Assembly: GCF_000039765.1 (NCBI RefSeq)
Contig: NC_004459.3
Coordinates: 60,001-92,000, forward strand
Source of the DNA: Vibrio vulnificus CMCP6
GTDB lineage: Bacteria > Pseudomonadota > Gammaproteobacteria > Enterobacterales > Vibrionaceae
DNA: 32,000 bases
Direction of reading: 5' to 3'
Shown one piece after another: positions 1-8,550 of this stretch (the first letter of the stretch is position 1; each line of letters begins with the position of its first letter). The translations under genes were made by a program, and so were the position numbers. The notes below the pieces were generated by a model. That model was not told the DNA's origin. It saw only the letters and a program-made list of their open reading frames with translations, and did not search any database.

Positions 1-2
1 AC

Positions 3-623
3 GAGCTCAACAGCGCCAATGACAACCCAATCATCGATGGTGACAACGAACGTGTTTTACACGGCGGTCACTTCTATGGTGGTCACATTGCCATGGCAAT
101 GGACACACTGAAAACCGGTATTGCCAACCTCGCGGATCTGCTCGATCGTCAAATGGCACAATTGATGGATTACAAGTTCAACAATGGCTTACCATTTAAC
201 TTGAGCGGTGCCGAAGGGGAACGCAAGCCCATCAACCATGGCTTTAAAGCGGTGCAAATTGGTATTTCTGCCTGGACCGCAGAAGCGCTCAAGCACACCA
301 TGCCTGCCAGTGTATTCTCGCGCTCTACCGAGTGTCACAACCAAGACAAAGTGAGCATGGGGACTATCGCTGCCCGCGATTGTTTGCGAGTATTGGAACT
401 GACCGAACAGGTGGCAGCCGCGTCTCTACTTGCTGCAACGCAAGGGATCGAAATTCGCCGCCGTCGTGGTGAACTGGACGAAAACCACATGAGCGATCGC
501 CTAAAAGCCATCTGCAGCTCGGTACTCAATGAGTTTGAATTTGTCACTGAAGATCGCCCATTGGAAAAAGATCTACGCCAGTTCATCGCTCACATTCAAC
601 AGCGTCATTGGTCACTGTATTAA
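3..623 (+). CDS. MIO-type aromatic amino acid ammonia-lyase (HAL/TAL-like), C-terminal part; gene starts before the window
   Basis: The frame is open from base 3 (ELNSANDNPIIDGDNERVLHGGHFYGGHIAMAMD...), so the listed ORF at 93 is not the true start. GGHFYGGHIAMAMD and the HNQDKVSMGTIAARD segment resemble HAL/PAL/TAL enzymes. Confidence 0.88.
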   Translation, partial: ELNSANDNPIIDGDNERVLHGGHFYGGHIAMAMDTLKTGIANLADLLDRQMAQLMDYKFNNGLPFNLSGAEGERKPINHGFKAVQIGISAWTAEALKHTMPASVFSRSTECHNQDKVSMGTIAARDCLRVLELTEQVAAASLLAATQGIEIRRRRGELDENHMSDRLKAICSSVLNEFEFVTEDRPLEKDLRQFIAHIQQRHWSLY

Positions 624-1078
624 GAGGTTCTATGACAGACGTACTTTATCCACTAGAAGCTGAGGTAACTTTGGTGACCTCGTTTCAAGATGCCGACCCT
701 ATGGGGGTTATCTATCACGGTAATTACTTCCGATTTTTTGAAGAAGCAAGACGTGTGATGATGGAGAAAATCGATTATGGCTATCAACAAATGAGCGCGT
801 CAGGATTCATGTGGCCAGTGATTGATGTTCAGGTAAAGTACGTCCGAGCCATTCCTTTTAATCACGCAATTCGCGTCAAAGCGACGCTGAGCGAATGGGA
901 AAATCGCTTACGAGTGCATTATCAAATCTTTGATGCCGCCACTGGGCAACGCATGTGTAAAGCGCATACCACTCAGGTCGCCGTCAGCATTGAAGATCAA
1001 GAGATGCGATTAGCATCGCCCTCGGTGTTTCTCGAACGCGTCCATCAATGGCATCAAAACGGAGCGTACCTATGCTAA
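608..1078 (+). CDS. acyl-CoA thioesterase (4-hydroxybenzoyl-CoA thioesterase-like hotdog)
   Basis: Hotdog motif DADPMGVIYHGNYFRFFEEAR; overlaps the preceding gene; APE cluster context. Confidence 0.85.
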   Translation: MVTVLRGSMTDVLYPLEAEVTLVTSFQDADPMGVIYHGNYFRFFEEARRVMMEKIDYGYQQMSASGFMWPVIDVQVKYVRAIPFNHAIRVKATLSEWENRLRVHYQIFDAATGQRMCKAHTTQVAVSIEDQEMRLASPSVFLERVHQWHQNGAYLC

Positions 1079-1704
1079 TGTCATGGCGACAACACACGCT
1101 CACTTTGTGGCTACTGGTTTGCACACTGTTTTCTCCGCTGAGCTGGGCCCAAGTGAGCAACCTAGATGAATTGCAAGCGCAGCTTTCCAAACACGATCTG
1201 GTGCGAGGCCAGTTCACCCAACAACGCCATTTGGAAATGTTTAACCAACCCTTGAGTTCTCAAGGGCAATTTGTGTTAGACAAAAGCCATGGTCTGTTGT
1301 GGCAACAACAAACCCCCTTCCCTGTGAATTTGGTTTTAACGCAAGACAAACTGCGACAAAATTTTGCTGGGCAAGCACCACAAGTGATCACGGCAGAGCA
1401 AAACCCAATGGCGTTTTACTTCAGCCGCATTTTTCTCTCCGTGTTTCATGGAGATACCTCCGCTTTGCAGCGCGAGTTCGAGTTGACGTTACACGTTGAC
1501 GACAATGGATGGCAGCTCGACCTGACACCGACGGCAGCCCCTTTAAATGCGGTATTCAGCAAAATTACCCTCAGAGGTAACGAAGAAATTGACCAACTGG
1601 AACTGGTGGAAAAACGTGGCGATCGCACCGATATTCAATTTTCACAGCAAACGCACACCCCAGAACAGTTGAGCGAAACGGAGCAAAAGCAGTTTGCGTT
1701 TTAA
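1072..1704 (+). CDS. LolA-like outer-membrane lipoprotein carrier homologue of the APE cluster
   Basis: Signal peptide then VRGQFTQQRHLEMFNQPLSSQGQFVLDKSHGLLWQ, LolA-like. Start at ATG 1072 (or 1078) overlaps the thioesterase stop. Confidence 0.8.
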   Translation: MLMSWRQHTLTLWLLVCTLFSPLSWAQVSNLDELQAQLSKHDLVRGQFTQQRHLEMFNQPLSSQGQFVLDKSHGLLWQQQTPFPVNLVLTQDKLRQNFAGQAPQVITAEQNPMAFYFSRIFLSVFHGDTSALQREFELTLHVDDNGWQLDLTPTAAPLNAVFSKITLRGNEEIDQLELVEKRGDRTDIQFSQQTHTPEQLSETEQKQFAF

Positions 1705-4003
1705 ATCCCCGACGTTAGCCGTTAGCTGGCTTATGGCCGTGATCATGGCCGGTTTGTTGCTGAGCTATCTCTGGTTTGCGCAAGCAACGGCGCCAATCGA
1801 AACCGATATTTTAAAACTGCTGCCTAAAAATCAGCAAAATCCAGTAGCAGAACAAGCGTTTGAGCGCATTGCGGAGACGATGGGCAACAAGGTGATTTTT
1901 ATCGTATCGGGCGATGAGATCGATAAAGTTTACCAAGCAAGCGATGCGCTCACACAGCAGCTCACTCAAAGCGGTTATTTTGCCCAAGTGATGGGCCAAA
2001 TCCCTCAAGATACCCAGCAACAATGGGCGAAATATTACTTCGAACACCGTTTCCAATTTTTAACTGAGCAACAAAGAGAACGGCTCAGCCAACAACCGCA
2101 ACAGCAGGTGCAGCAGGTATTGCAAGCCCTCTACAACCCTTTTGCTGGTGTTACGGGGAGCGAGCTACAAAACGATCCTTTTCTGTTGTTTCGAGAGTAT
2201 TTGAACCAACTCTCGTCATTATCTGGCCAGTTCAAAGTTAAACATAACTATCTGAGTTTAGAAAAAGAGGGGCGCTTGTATGTGCTGATCAGCGCTGAGC
2301 TTCAAGACTCCCCATACAGCGTTGCGGCGCAGCGTTCAGTGTCAGAAATCTTACAGTGGGAAGCGCAAATTCATCAAACATTTGGCACTGAGATAGCCCA
2401 CACTGGGGTCTTGTTTTATGCTGATTTTGGTACCCAAAGCGCCAAGCAAGAAATCAGCACCATCGGTGTTGTTTCACTGCTGGGTATTGTGTTGCTCATC
2501 CTGCTGGTTTTTCGCAGTGTGACCCCATTGTTTCTGTCACTACTCTCGATTGGCATCGGACTTTTGATGGCACTCACCATCACCATTGCGATTTTTGGCA
2601 AAGTACATCTCTTTAGCTTGGTGTTTGGTGCCAGCTTAATCGGCGTCTCGATTGACTATGCTTTTCACTATCTGACCGACCGATTGGCGGCTGGTTCGCG
2701 TTGGAACGCCACAGCAGGGCTCAAGCATATCTTCACCGCAATCACCTTTGGCCTAGTGACAAGCTTAATTGGCTATTTGGGTCTCCTTATTGCCCCATTC
2801 CCGGGATTGCAACAATTGGCGCTGTTTTCCGCCACTGGCCTCATCGCCGCTTATCTCACTGTGGTGGCTTGGTATCCTTGGTTGGCCGTCAAACCCTCGG
2901 CAGATAGACCACTTCTCGGCTTGCCACTTTATCAACGCTGGCTAAGCGCGTGGCGAAAGCCCAAACTGGCGATTGGCTTGCCCGTGGCGATCGCCGTCAT
3001 CAGCGTCGCCGCCTTAACCCAAGTGCATTACGACGACGATATTCGCCAATTGCAGGCACTACCTGCCTCTCTCAAATCACAAGAAGCGCAGATCGCCCAA
3101 CTGACGGGGCTCCAATCCTCACAACAAATGTTGGTTGTCACCGCAGATAACGACTCCGCCTTGATGGAGCGCTTGGAACAGATCACCAAACTACTCGATG
3201 GTTGGCAGCAGCAAGGCGTGCTGGCGGGCTATCAGAGCCTGTCTCAATACCTGAGTTCAGAATCGCAGCAGCGGGCCGATTACCAACTCGTCGAAACCCT
3301 GTACCAAACTCAGGCGGCGCAACTGTCACGGACTCTTGGGTTACCCGCCACCGCAGAGCTCGACCAACCATTTGTGCCAATTTCGCTGCAAGACTACCTC
3401 AAGGCAGCCGTATCCGAACCTGTACGTTTCCTTGCTTTGGGCAAAGTGGACAACAAAACGGCCGCAGCCATTTTACTGAAAGATCTTCAGCAGCCCGAGG
3501 TCGTGATGACATTTGCACAGCAACACAGCGATGTCTCTTACCTCGATAAGGCACAAGAAATTTCGAGCTTGTTCAATCAGTATCGCGTCAAAGTAATGGA
3601 GTTACTGGTTGCAGCTATGGCGGTGATTTTTGCTTTATTGTGCTGGCGTTATGGCTTCCGACACAGCCTAACCATGATGCTGCCTTGTGTTATCGCCTGT
3701 ATCGCAGGACTGGCGGTTTCTGTTGTCACCGGTTCAAGTTTGAACTTGTTTAGCTTACTGGCACTGGTACTGGTTATTGGTATCGGCATTGATTACACCT
3801 TGTTCTTTGCGGAGCAACAAGGCAGCCATAGCACGCTCCTCGCCGTCACCTTATCGGCCATCACCACTTTATTGTCGTTTGGTTTATTGGCCTTGAGTGC
3901 CACGCATGCCATTCACAGCTTTGGGCTAACCGTGCTAAGCGGTATCTTTGTCGCTTGGTTGTTGGCACCGATGGCCATTCCCAATCAAGAGAAAAAACCA
4001 TGA
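1694..4003 (+). CDS. MMPL/RND-family exporter
   Basis: 769 aa with multiple TM blocks and RND-like GVSIDYAFHY and GIGIDYTLFF motifs; TTG start overlaps the LolA-like stop. Confidence 0.88.
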   Translation: MRFKSPTLAVSWLMAVIMAGLLLSYLWFAQATAPIETDILKLLPKNQQNPVAEQAFERIAETMGNKVIFIVSGDEIDKVYQASDALTQQLTQSGYFAQVMGQIPQDTQQQWAKYYFEHRFQFLTEQQRERLSQQPQQQVQQVLQALYNPFAGVTGSELQNDPFLLFREYLNQLSSLSGQFKVKHNYLSLEKEGRLYVLISAELQDSPYSVAAQRSVSEILQWEAQIHQTFGTEIAHTGVLFYADFGTQSAKQEISTIGVVSLLGIVLLILLVFRSVTPLFLSLLSIGIGLLMALTITIAIFGKVHLFSLVFGASLIGVSIDYAFHYLTDRLAAGSRWNATAGLKHIFTAITFGLVTSLIGYLGLLIAPFPGLQQLALFSATGLIAAYLTVVAWYPWLAVKPSADRPLLGLPLYQRWLSAWRKPKLAIGLPVAIAVISVAALTQVHYDDDIRQLQALPASLKSQEAQIAQLTGLQSSQQMLVVTADNDSALMERLEQITKLLDGWQQQGVLAGYQSLSQYLSSESQQRADYQLVETLYQTQAAQLSRTLGLPATAELDQPFVPISLQDYLKAAVSEPVRFLALGKVDNKTAAAILLKDLQQPEVVMTFAQQHSDVSYLDKAQEISSLFNQYRVKVMELLVAAMAVIFALLCWRYGFRHSLTMMLPCVIACIAGLAVSVVTGSSLNLFSLLALVLVIGIGIDYTLFFAEQQGSHSTLLAVTLSAITTLLSFGLLALSATHAIHSFGLTVLSGIFVAWLLAPMAIPNQEKKP

Positions 4004-4608
4004 TAAGACAGCTTGTCCTCTGCCTGTTGTTGGCGCTCTCCATCACGGCATGCAGCATGCAACCTCGCATGCAAAGCACTCAAATTGAGATTGCCGATCA
4101 AACGTTTGTCACGCTCCCACAGCCGAGTGAGCTCGGCTTGGATGTGACGGCAAGCCAATTGATCACCGCGACATGGCAAACCGACACCGGCACACAAACT
4201 CAGCAATTGCCCGTCCAACTGCAAGTTGACCAAAACAAACTGGTTTTGGCTGGTTTTTCTTCGTGGGGAACACGTTTGTTGTCTCTCACCTACCAAGATA
4301 ATCATATTGAAACACAAGTATTGAATGGCTTAGAAAATACCCTACCTCAACCCGAGCAGGTACTTTTTAATCTGATGATCACGCTGTGGCCTGAACAAGC
4401 TTGGGAAGCGCCATTAAATCAGGTAAAGTGGCAACTCATTGACCGAGATAATCAGCGCACCATTATCGATAACCATGGCAACACGATCATTGTGATTGAT
4501 TACGAGCAAGGCCGAAGTTTTGCTGGCCCAATTCGTTTTCACTCGCTGTTAAACGACTATAAAATCGAGATTCAAACCCTGAATTATCAGTTATCGGACG
4601 CGAAATAG
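4000..4608 (+). CDS. DUF3261-type lipoprotein
   Basis: ATG at 4000 overlaps the MMPL stop; lipobox LSITACS; position typical of APE clusters. Confidence 0.75.
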   Translation: MIRQLVLCLLLALSITACSMQPRMQSTQIEIADQTFVTLPQPSELGLDVTASQLITATWQTDTGTQTQQLPVQLQVDQNKLVLAGFSSWGTRLLSLTYQDNHIETQVLNGLENTLPQPEQVLFNLMITLWPEQAWEAPLNQVKWQLIDRDNQRTIIDNHGNTIIVIDYEQGRSFAGPIRFHSLLNDYKIEIQTLNYQLSDAK

Positions 4609-4617
4609 TAGAGCCAA

Positions 4618-5805
4618 ATGAATTCACACCTTTCTCAACCCATTTATATTCATGGCTGTGGCTTCCACTCAGCATTGGGGGCAACTGCAGAGCAGATCCA
4701 CCACGCACTGCAACATAATCACAGTGTGCAAATGCAGCAAGCCGTGGATCAACTCAACACTGGCACCGCCACCATCGTTGGTCGAGTGAGCGACACTTTG
4801 CCTGAGCTGCCATCATCGCTACGTGAATACGACTCAAGAAACAACCGTTTAGCCCTCTCAGCGCTGCAGCAAATTGAGCCCGCAATTCAAGAGGCCATTC
4901 GCCAATATGGCGCGAACCGCATCGCCGTGGTTATCGGCACCAGCACCTCCGGTATTGCCGACGGCGAAAACGCATTTGAGCAGAAGCTGTCACAAGAGCA
5001 CTTCCCGAGTGATTATCACTACCGCAAACAAGAGCTTGGCAACGTCAGCGACTTTATCGCCGATTACTTTCAGTTAACGGGACCTTGTTACGCGATTTCG
5101 ACGGCCTGTTCATCCAGCGGGCGTGTGTTCATTTCAGCAAAACGCCTCCTACTCAGTGGCATGGCCGATGCGGTGATCGTGGGGGGCGCAGATACACTCT
5201 GTCGCTTAACCTTAAATGGTTTTAATGGCTTAGAGGCCCTCTCAAATCAACATTGTCAGCCATTTAGTGCCGACAGAAGTGGCATTAATATTGGTGAAGG
5301 CGCCGCTTTTATGCTGCTCAGCAAAGCCCCTTCAGAGATCGCCCTACTCGGTTGTGGCGACAGCTCAGACGCACACCACATTTCCGCTCCACACCCTGAA
5401 GGTAATGGGGCTGAAGAGGCAATGGAAAAAGCGCTACTAGACGCCAATTTGAAACCAGAACAAATTGGCTACGTTAACGCCCATGGCACGGCAACTCCAC
5501 TCAACGACAGCATGGAAAGCAAAGCCATCTTTCGTCTTTTTGGCCAATCAGTGCCCGTCAGTTCAACCAAGCACCTAACAGGCCACACATTGGGCGCAGC
5601 CAGTGCCGTTGAAGCGGCCATTGCATGGCATATACTGAAATACAACTTAGATTTACCGCAACAAGGATGTCAGAACAAAGCGGATGACATAGAGGTCACG
5701 CTCGTCGAACAGCCAATGAAATTGGCACACAAGGCGATACTTAGCAACTCTTTCGCCTTTGGCGGAAATAACATCAGTCTGATATTTGGATATCCTCATG
5801 AATAA
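4618..5805 (+). CDS. beta-ketoacyl-ACP synthase (APE ketosynthase)
   Basis: Active-site region GPCYAISTACSSSGRVF, then NAHGTATPLNDSMES and KHLTGHTLGAASA. Confidence 0.9.
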   Translation: MNSHLSQPIYIHGCGFHSALGATAEQIHHALQHNHSVQMQQAVDQLNTGTATIVGRVSDTLPELPSSLREYDSRNNRLALSALQQIEPAIQEAIRQYGANRIAVVIGTSTSGIADGENAFEQKLSQEHFPSDYHYRKQELGNVSDFIADYFQLTGPCYAISTACSSSGRVFISAKRLLLSGMADAVIVGGADTLCRLTLNGFNGLEALSNQHCQPFSADRSGINIGEGAAFMLLSKAPSEIALLGCGDSSDAHHISAPHPEGNGAEEAMEKALLDANLKPEQIGYVNAHGTATPLNDSMESKAIFRLFGQSVPVSSTKHLTGHTLGAASAVEAAIAWHILKYNLDLPQQGCQNKADDIEVTLVEQPMKLAHKAILSNSFAFGGNNISLIFGYPHE

Positions 5806-6262
5806 GCTGCCCAGCATTGAGACCTTGCTGCCCCACGACGCTCCGATGATCTTAATTGATCGGGCGATCAGCGTTGCGGAGGAGTCGATTCACTGTCAGG
5901 TAGACATTGGCCCTCACCTCGCCTTCTTCCATACTGAAACGCAAAGCGTACCGGGTTATGTGGGTATCGAGTTTATGGCGCAATCTATCGCGGCTTGGTC
6001 TGGCTATCATGCGCAGCAGAAAGGCCAAGAACCACCGATCGGTTTTCTCCTTGGTGGCAGGCGTTATCAAGCGATGTGCGATACCTTTCAGCTAGGGCAG
6101 ACACTCGATATCTACGCAGAGCAGTTGATGGAAGACAACGGCATGGCCGTGTTTACGGGTCGAATCGATATCTCAGGTGAGACAGTCGCAAAATGTCAGT
6201 TGAACGTTTATGTTCCAACGGAAGAAAAATTACAAGAAATGAAAATCAGGAGTCAAGAATGA
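5798..6262 (+). CDS. 3-hydroxyacyl-ACP dehydratase (hotdog, FabA/FabZ-like, ApeP-type)
   Basis: LLPHDAPMILIDRAI and GYVGIEFMAQSIAAWSGYHA motifs; ORF listed from 5786, likely start MNKLPSIETLLPHD. Confidence 0.8.
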   Translation: MNKLPSIETLLPHDAPMILIDRAISVAEESIHCQVDIGPHLAFFHTETQSVPGYVGIEFMAQSIAAWSGYHAQQKGQEPPIGFLLGGRRYQAMCDTFQLGQTLDIYAEQLMEDNGMAVFTGRIDISGETVAKCQLNVYVPTEEKLQEMKIRSQE

Positions 6263-6984
6263 CCCGTCAAGTGTTAGTCACAGGGGCCAGTAAAGGCATC
6301 GGCAAAGCCATCGCCATTCAATTAGCGAAAGATGGCTTTACCATCGTCGTTCACTACATGGGCGATAAGCAAGGTGCCGAGCAAACATTGGCCATGATTG
6401 AACAAAACGGTGGCAGTGGCCGTTTAATTCAGTTTGATATTAGCCATCGTCAACAATGTCGTGAGCGTATTGAAGCCGACATCGCAGAGCACGGCGCATA
6501 CTACGGCGTGGTCAATAACGCGGGTATCACCAAAGACACCGCTTTCCCAGCGATGACCGAAGCAGAATGGGATGGCGTAATTCACACCAACCTCGACAGT
6601 TTTTATAACGTCTTACACCCTTGCGTGATGCCGATGGTGCAAAAACGCAAAGGTGGACGCATTGTTACTTTGGCCTCCGTCTCCGGATTAATGGGCAATC
6701 GAGGTCAAACCAACTACGCCGCTGCCAAAGCGGGGGTGATTGGCGCAACCAAATCATTGGCTCTCGAGCTGGCGAAACGCAAAATCACCGTGAACTGTGT
6801 CGCCCCTGGGCTGATTGATACAGGCATGGTGGATGAGCATGTCAAAGAGCACGCTTTACCTCAAGTACCGCTACGCCGCATGGGTGAGCCGGAAGAAGTG
6901 GCTGGCTTAGTCAGTTATTTGATGTCTGACATTGCAGGTTATGTCACTCGCCAAGTGATTTCGGTTAATGGAGGCCTAATATGA
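6259..6984 (+). CDS. 3-oxoacyl-ACP reductase, FabG-like SDR
   Basis: VTGASKGIGKAIA, NNAG, YAAAKAG; ATG at 6259 overlaps the upstream stop (ORF track starts at 6193). Confidence 0.9.
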   Translation: MTRQVLVTGASKGIGKAIAIQLAKDGFTIVVHYMGDKQGAEQTLAMIEQNGGSGRLIQFDISHRQQCRERIEADIAEHGAYYGVVNNAGITKDTAFPAMTEAEWDGVIHTNLDSFYNVLHPCVMPMVQKRKGGRIVTLASVSGLMGNRGQTNYAAAKAGVIGATKSLALELAKRKITVNCVAPGLIDTGMVDEHVKEHALPQVPLRRMGEPEEVAGLVSYLMSDIAGYVTRQVISVNGGLI

Positions 6985-8210
6985 ATCGCAGAGTTGTTGT
7001 CACTGGTATGTCTGGTGTCACTGCATTTGGCAATGATTGGCAAAGTGTCGAGCCCAAATTACGCGCGCTAGAAAATGCCACTCAGTTTATGGAAAATTAC
7101 CAACAGTACGAAGGGTTGAACACAAAACTTGCCGCTCCCGTGGTCGATTTTGAGCTCCCTTCGCATTACAAACGCAAGCAAGTTCGCGGTATGGGCCGCG
7201 TCTCCAAATTAGCCACCGTGGCGACTGAAAACGCGCTACGCCAAGCAGGCTTAATTGGTGAAGACGTACTAACGAATGGCCAAACTGGCATTGCTTACGG
7301 TTCATCAACTGGCTCAACTGACGCCATAGGCGCATTTGGCGTGATGCTGAACGACAAAACCACCAAAGCGATCACCGCGACGACCTACGTTCAAATGATG
7401 CCGCACACCACCGCCGTCAATGTCGGGCTCTTTTTTGGCCTGCGTGGCCGCGTTATTCCGACCAGCAGCGCATGTACATCTGGCAGCCAAGCTATTGGTT
7501 ACGCCTATGAAGCGATCAAACACGGCTATCAAACCGTTATGGTGGCAGGGGGAGCAGAAGAGCTTTGCCCAACCGAATCAGCGGTATTCGATACCTTGTT
7601 TGCGACCAGCTTGAAAAATGATCAGCCGAAAACAACGCCAAGCCCTTACGACAAAGATCGTGATGGCCTCGTGATCGGTGAAGGCGCTGGCACGCTGGTG
7701 CTAGAAGAGTACGAACACGCCAAAGCACGCGGTGCGACAATCTACGCTGAGATCATCGGCTTTGCCAGCAACTGTGACGCGGCACATGTGACTCAGCCAC
7801 AGATGGAAACCATGCAGATCTGTATGGAAATGGCCCTGCAAAACGCGGATCTACATCCAAAACACATTGGCTATGTTTCTGCGCATGGCACTGCGACAGA
7901 CCGTGGTGACATTGCCGAAAGTAACGCGACGCAAAATGCCATTGGCAAGGTGCCAATCAGTTCATTAAAGAGCTATTTTGGCCACACATTGGGCGCATGC
8001 GGTGCCATCGAGGCATGGTTGAGTATTGAGATGATGAACAGTGGCTGGTTTAGCCCAACCCTGAATCTCACTAACCTAGACCCAGATTGTGGTGATCTGG
8101 ATTACATTGCTGGTGCTGGCCGCGAGATGGATATTGATTACATGATGAGCAATAACTTTGCGTTTGGCGGCATCAATACTTCCCTCATCTTTAAACGCGT
8201 TCGCGATTAG
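6981..8210 (+). CDS. beta-ketoacyl-ACP synthase (FabF-like, APE cluster)
   Basis: TSSACTSGSQAIGYAYEAI, SAHGTATDRGDIAES, SYFGHTLGACGAIEA. Confidence 0.9.
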   Translation: MNRRVVVTGMSGVTAFGNDWQSVEPKLRALENATQFMENYQQYEGLNTKLAAPVVDFELPSHYKRKQVRGMGRVSKLATVATENALRQAGLIGEDVLTNGQTGIAYGSSTGSTDAIGAFGVMLNDKTTKAITATTYVQMMPHTTAVNVGLFFGLRGRVIPTSSACTSGSQAIGYAYEAIKHGYQTVMVAGGAEELCPTESAVFDTLFATSLKNDQPKTTPSPYDKDRDGLVIGEGAGTLVLEEYEHAKARGATIYAEIIGFASNCDAAHVTQPQMETMQICMEMALQNADLHPKHIGYVSAHGTATDRGDIAESNATQNAIGKVPISSLKSYFGHTLGACGAIEAWLSIEMMNSGWFSPTLNLTNLDPDCGDLDYIAGAGREMDIDYMMSNNFAFGGINTSLIFKRVRD

Positions 8211-8217
8211 CGTACTC

Positions 8218-8243
8218 AACGGCTGCTTTAGGCAGCCGTTTTT
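8218..8243 (+). terminator. intrinsic terminator of the APE operon
   Basis: AACGGCTGC-TTTAG-GCAGCCGTT, 9-bp stem followed by TTT. Confidence 0.85.
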
Positions 8244-8330
8244 GATTCCGTTCCCCTCAAAAATCACTGCTGTTTTTTCACACAAACTGTTCATTCTGTC
8301 GCCTAGCTTTTATTGTTGATAAACAAAGTG

Positions 8331-8359
8331 TTGACGAGTCACCTCCTTACCATTACAGT
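8331..8359 (+). promoter_or_regulatory. sigma70-like promoter of tRNA-Pro
   Basis: TTGACG - 17 nt - TACAGT, ~10 nt upstream of the tRNA. Confidence 0.6.
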
Positions 8360-8368
8360 AACTGCCAT

Positions 8369-8445
8369 CGGACTGTAGCGCAGCTTGGTAGCGCACCGTC
8401 ATGGGGTGTCGGGGGTCGGAGGTTCAAATCCTCTCAGTCCGACCA
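8369..8445 (+). tRNA. tRNA-Pro(GGG)
   Basis: 77 nt including CCA: acceptor CGGACTG/CAGTCCG, anticodon loop ATGGGGT, T-arm GGTTCAAATCC, encoded ACCA end. Confidence 0.95.
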
Positions 8446-8455
8446 TACACCTAAG

Positions 8456-8486
8456 GCCCGTAATTCAATGAGTTACGGGCTTTTTT
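8456..8486 (+). terminator. intrinsic terminator after tRNA-Pro
   Basis: GCCCGTAA-TTCAATGAG-TTACGGGC followed by TTTTTT. Confidence 0.85.
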
Positions 8487-8499
8487 ACACCCTAAGAAA

Positions 8500-8520
8500 A
8501 CCGCCTCAAAACAAGGCGGT
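8500..8520 (-). terminator. possible terminator of int
   Basis: ACCGCCT-CAAAACA-AGGCGGT hairpin; read on the minus strand it is followed by TTTC. Confidence 0.45.
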
Positions 8521-8550
8521 TCCAAAATGGTTCCAAAACTGGTTCCAATA
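8518..8550. repeat. three tandem ~10-bp repeats GGTTCCAAAA / GGTTCCAAAA / GGTTCCAATA
   Basis: Copies at 8518..8527, 8529..8538 and 8541..8550, directly next to the int stop codon. Confidence 0.85.

Noticed and set aside
2701-3549. Three + strand ORFs (2701..2907, 2950..3150, 3202..3549) inside the MMPL gene
   Set aside because: They lie in another frame of a well-supported 769-aa transporter, with no RBS or domain evidence.
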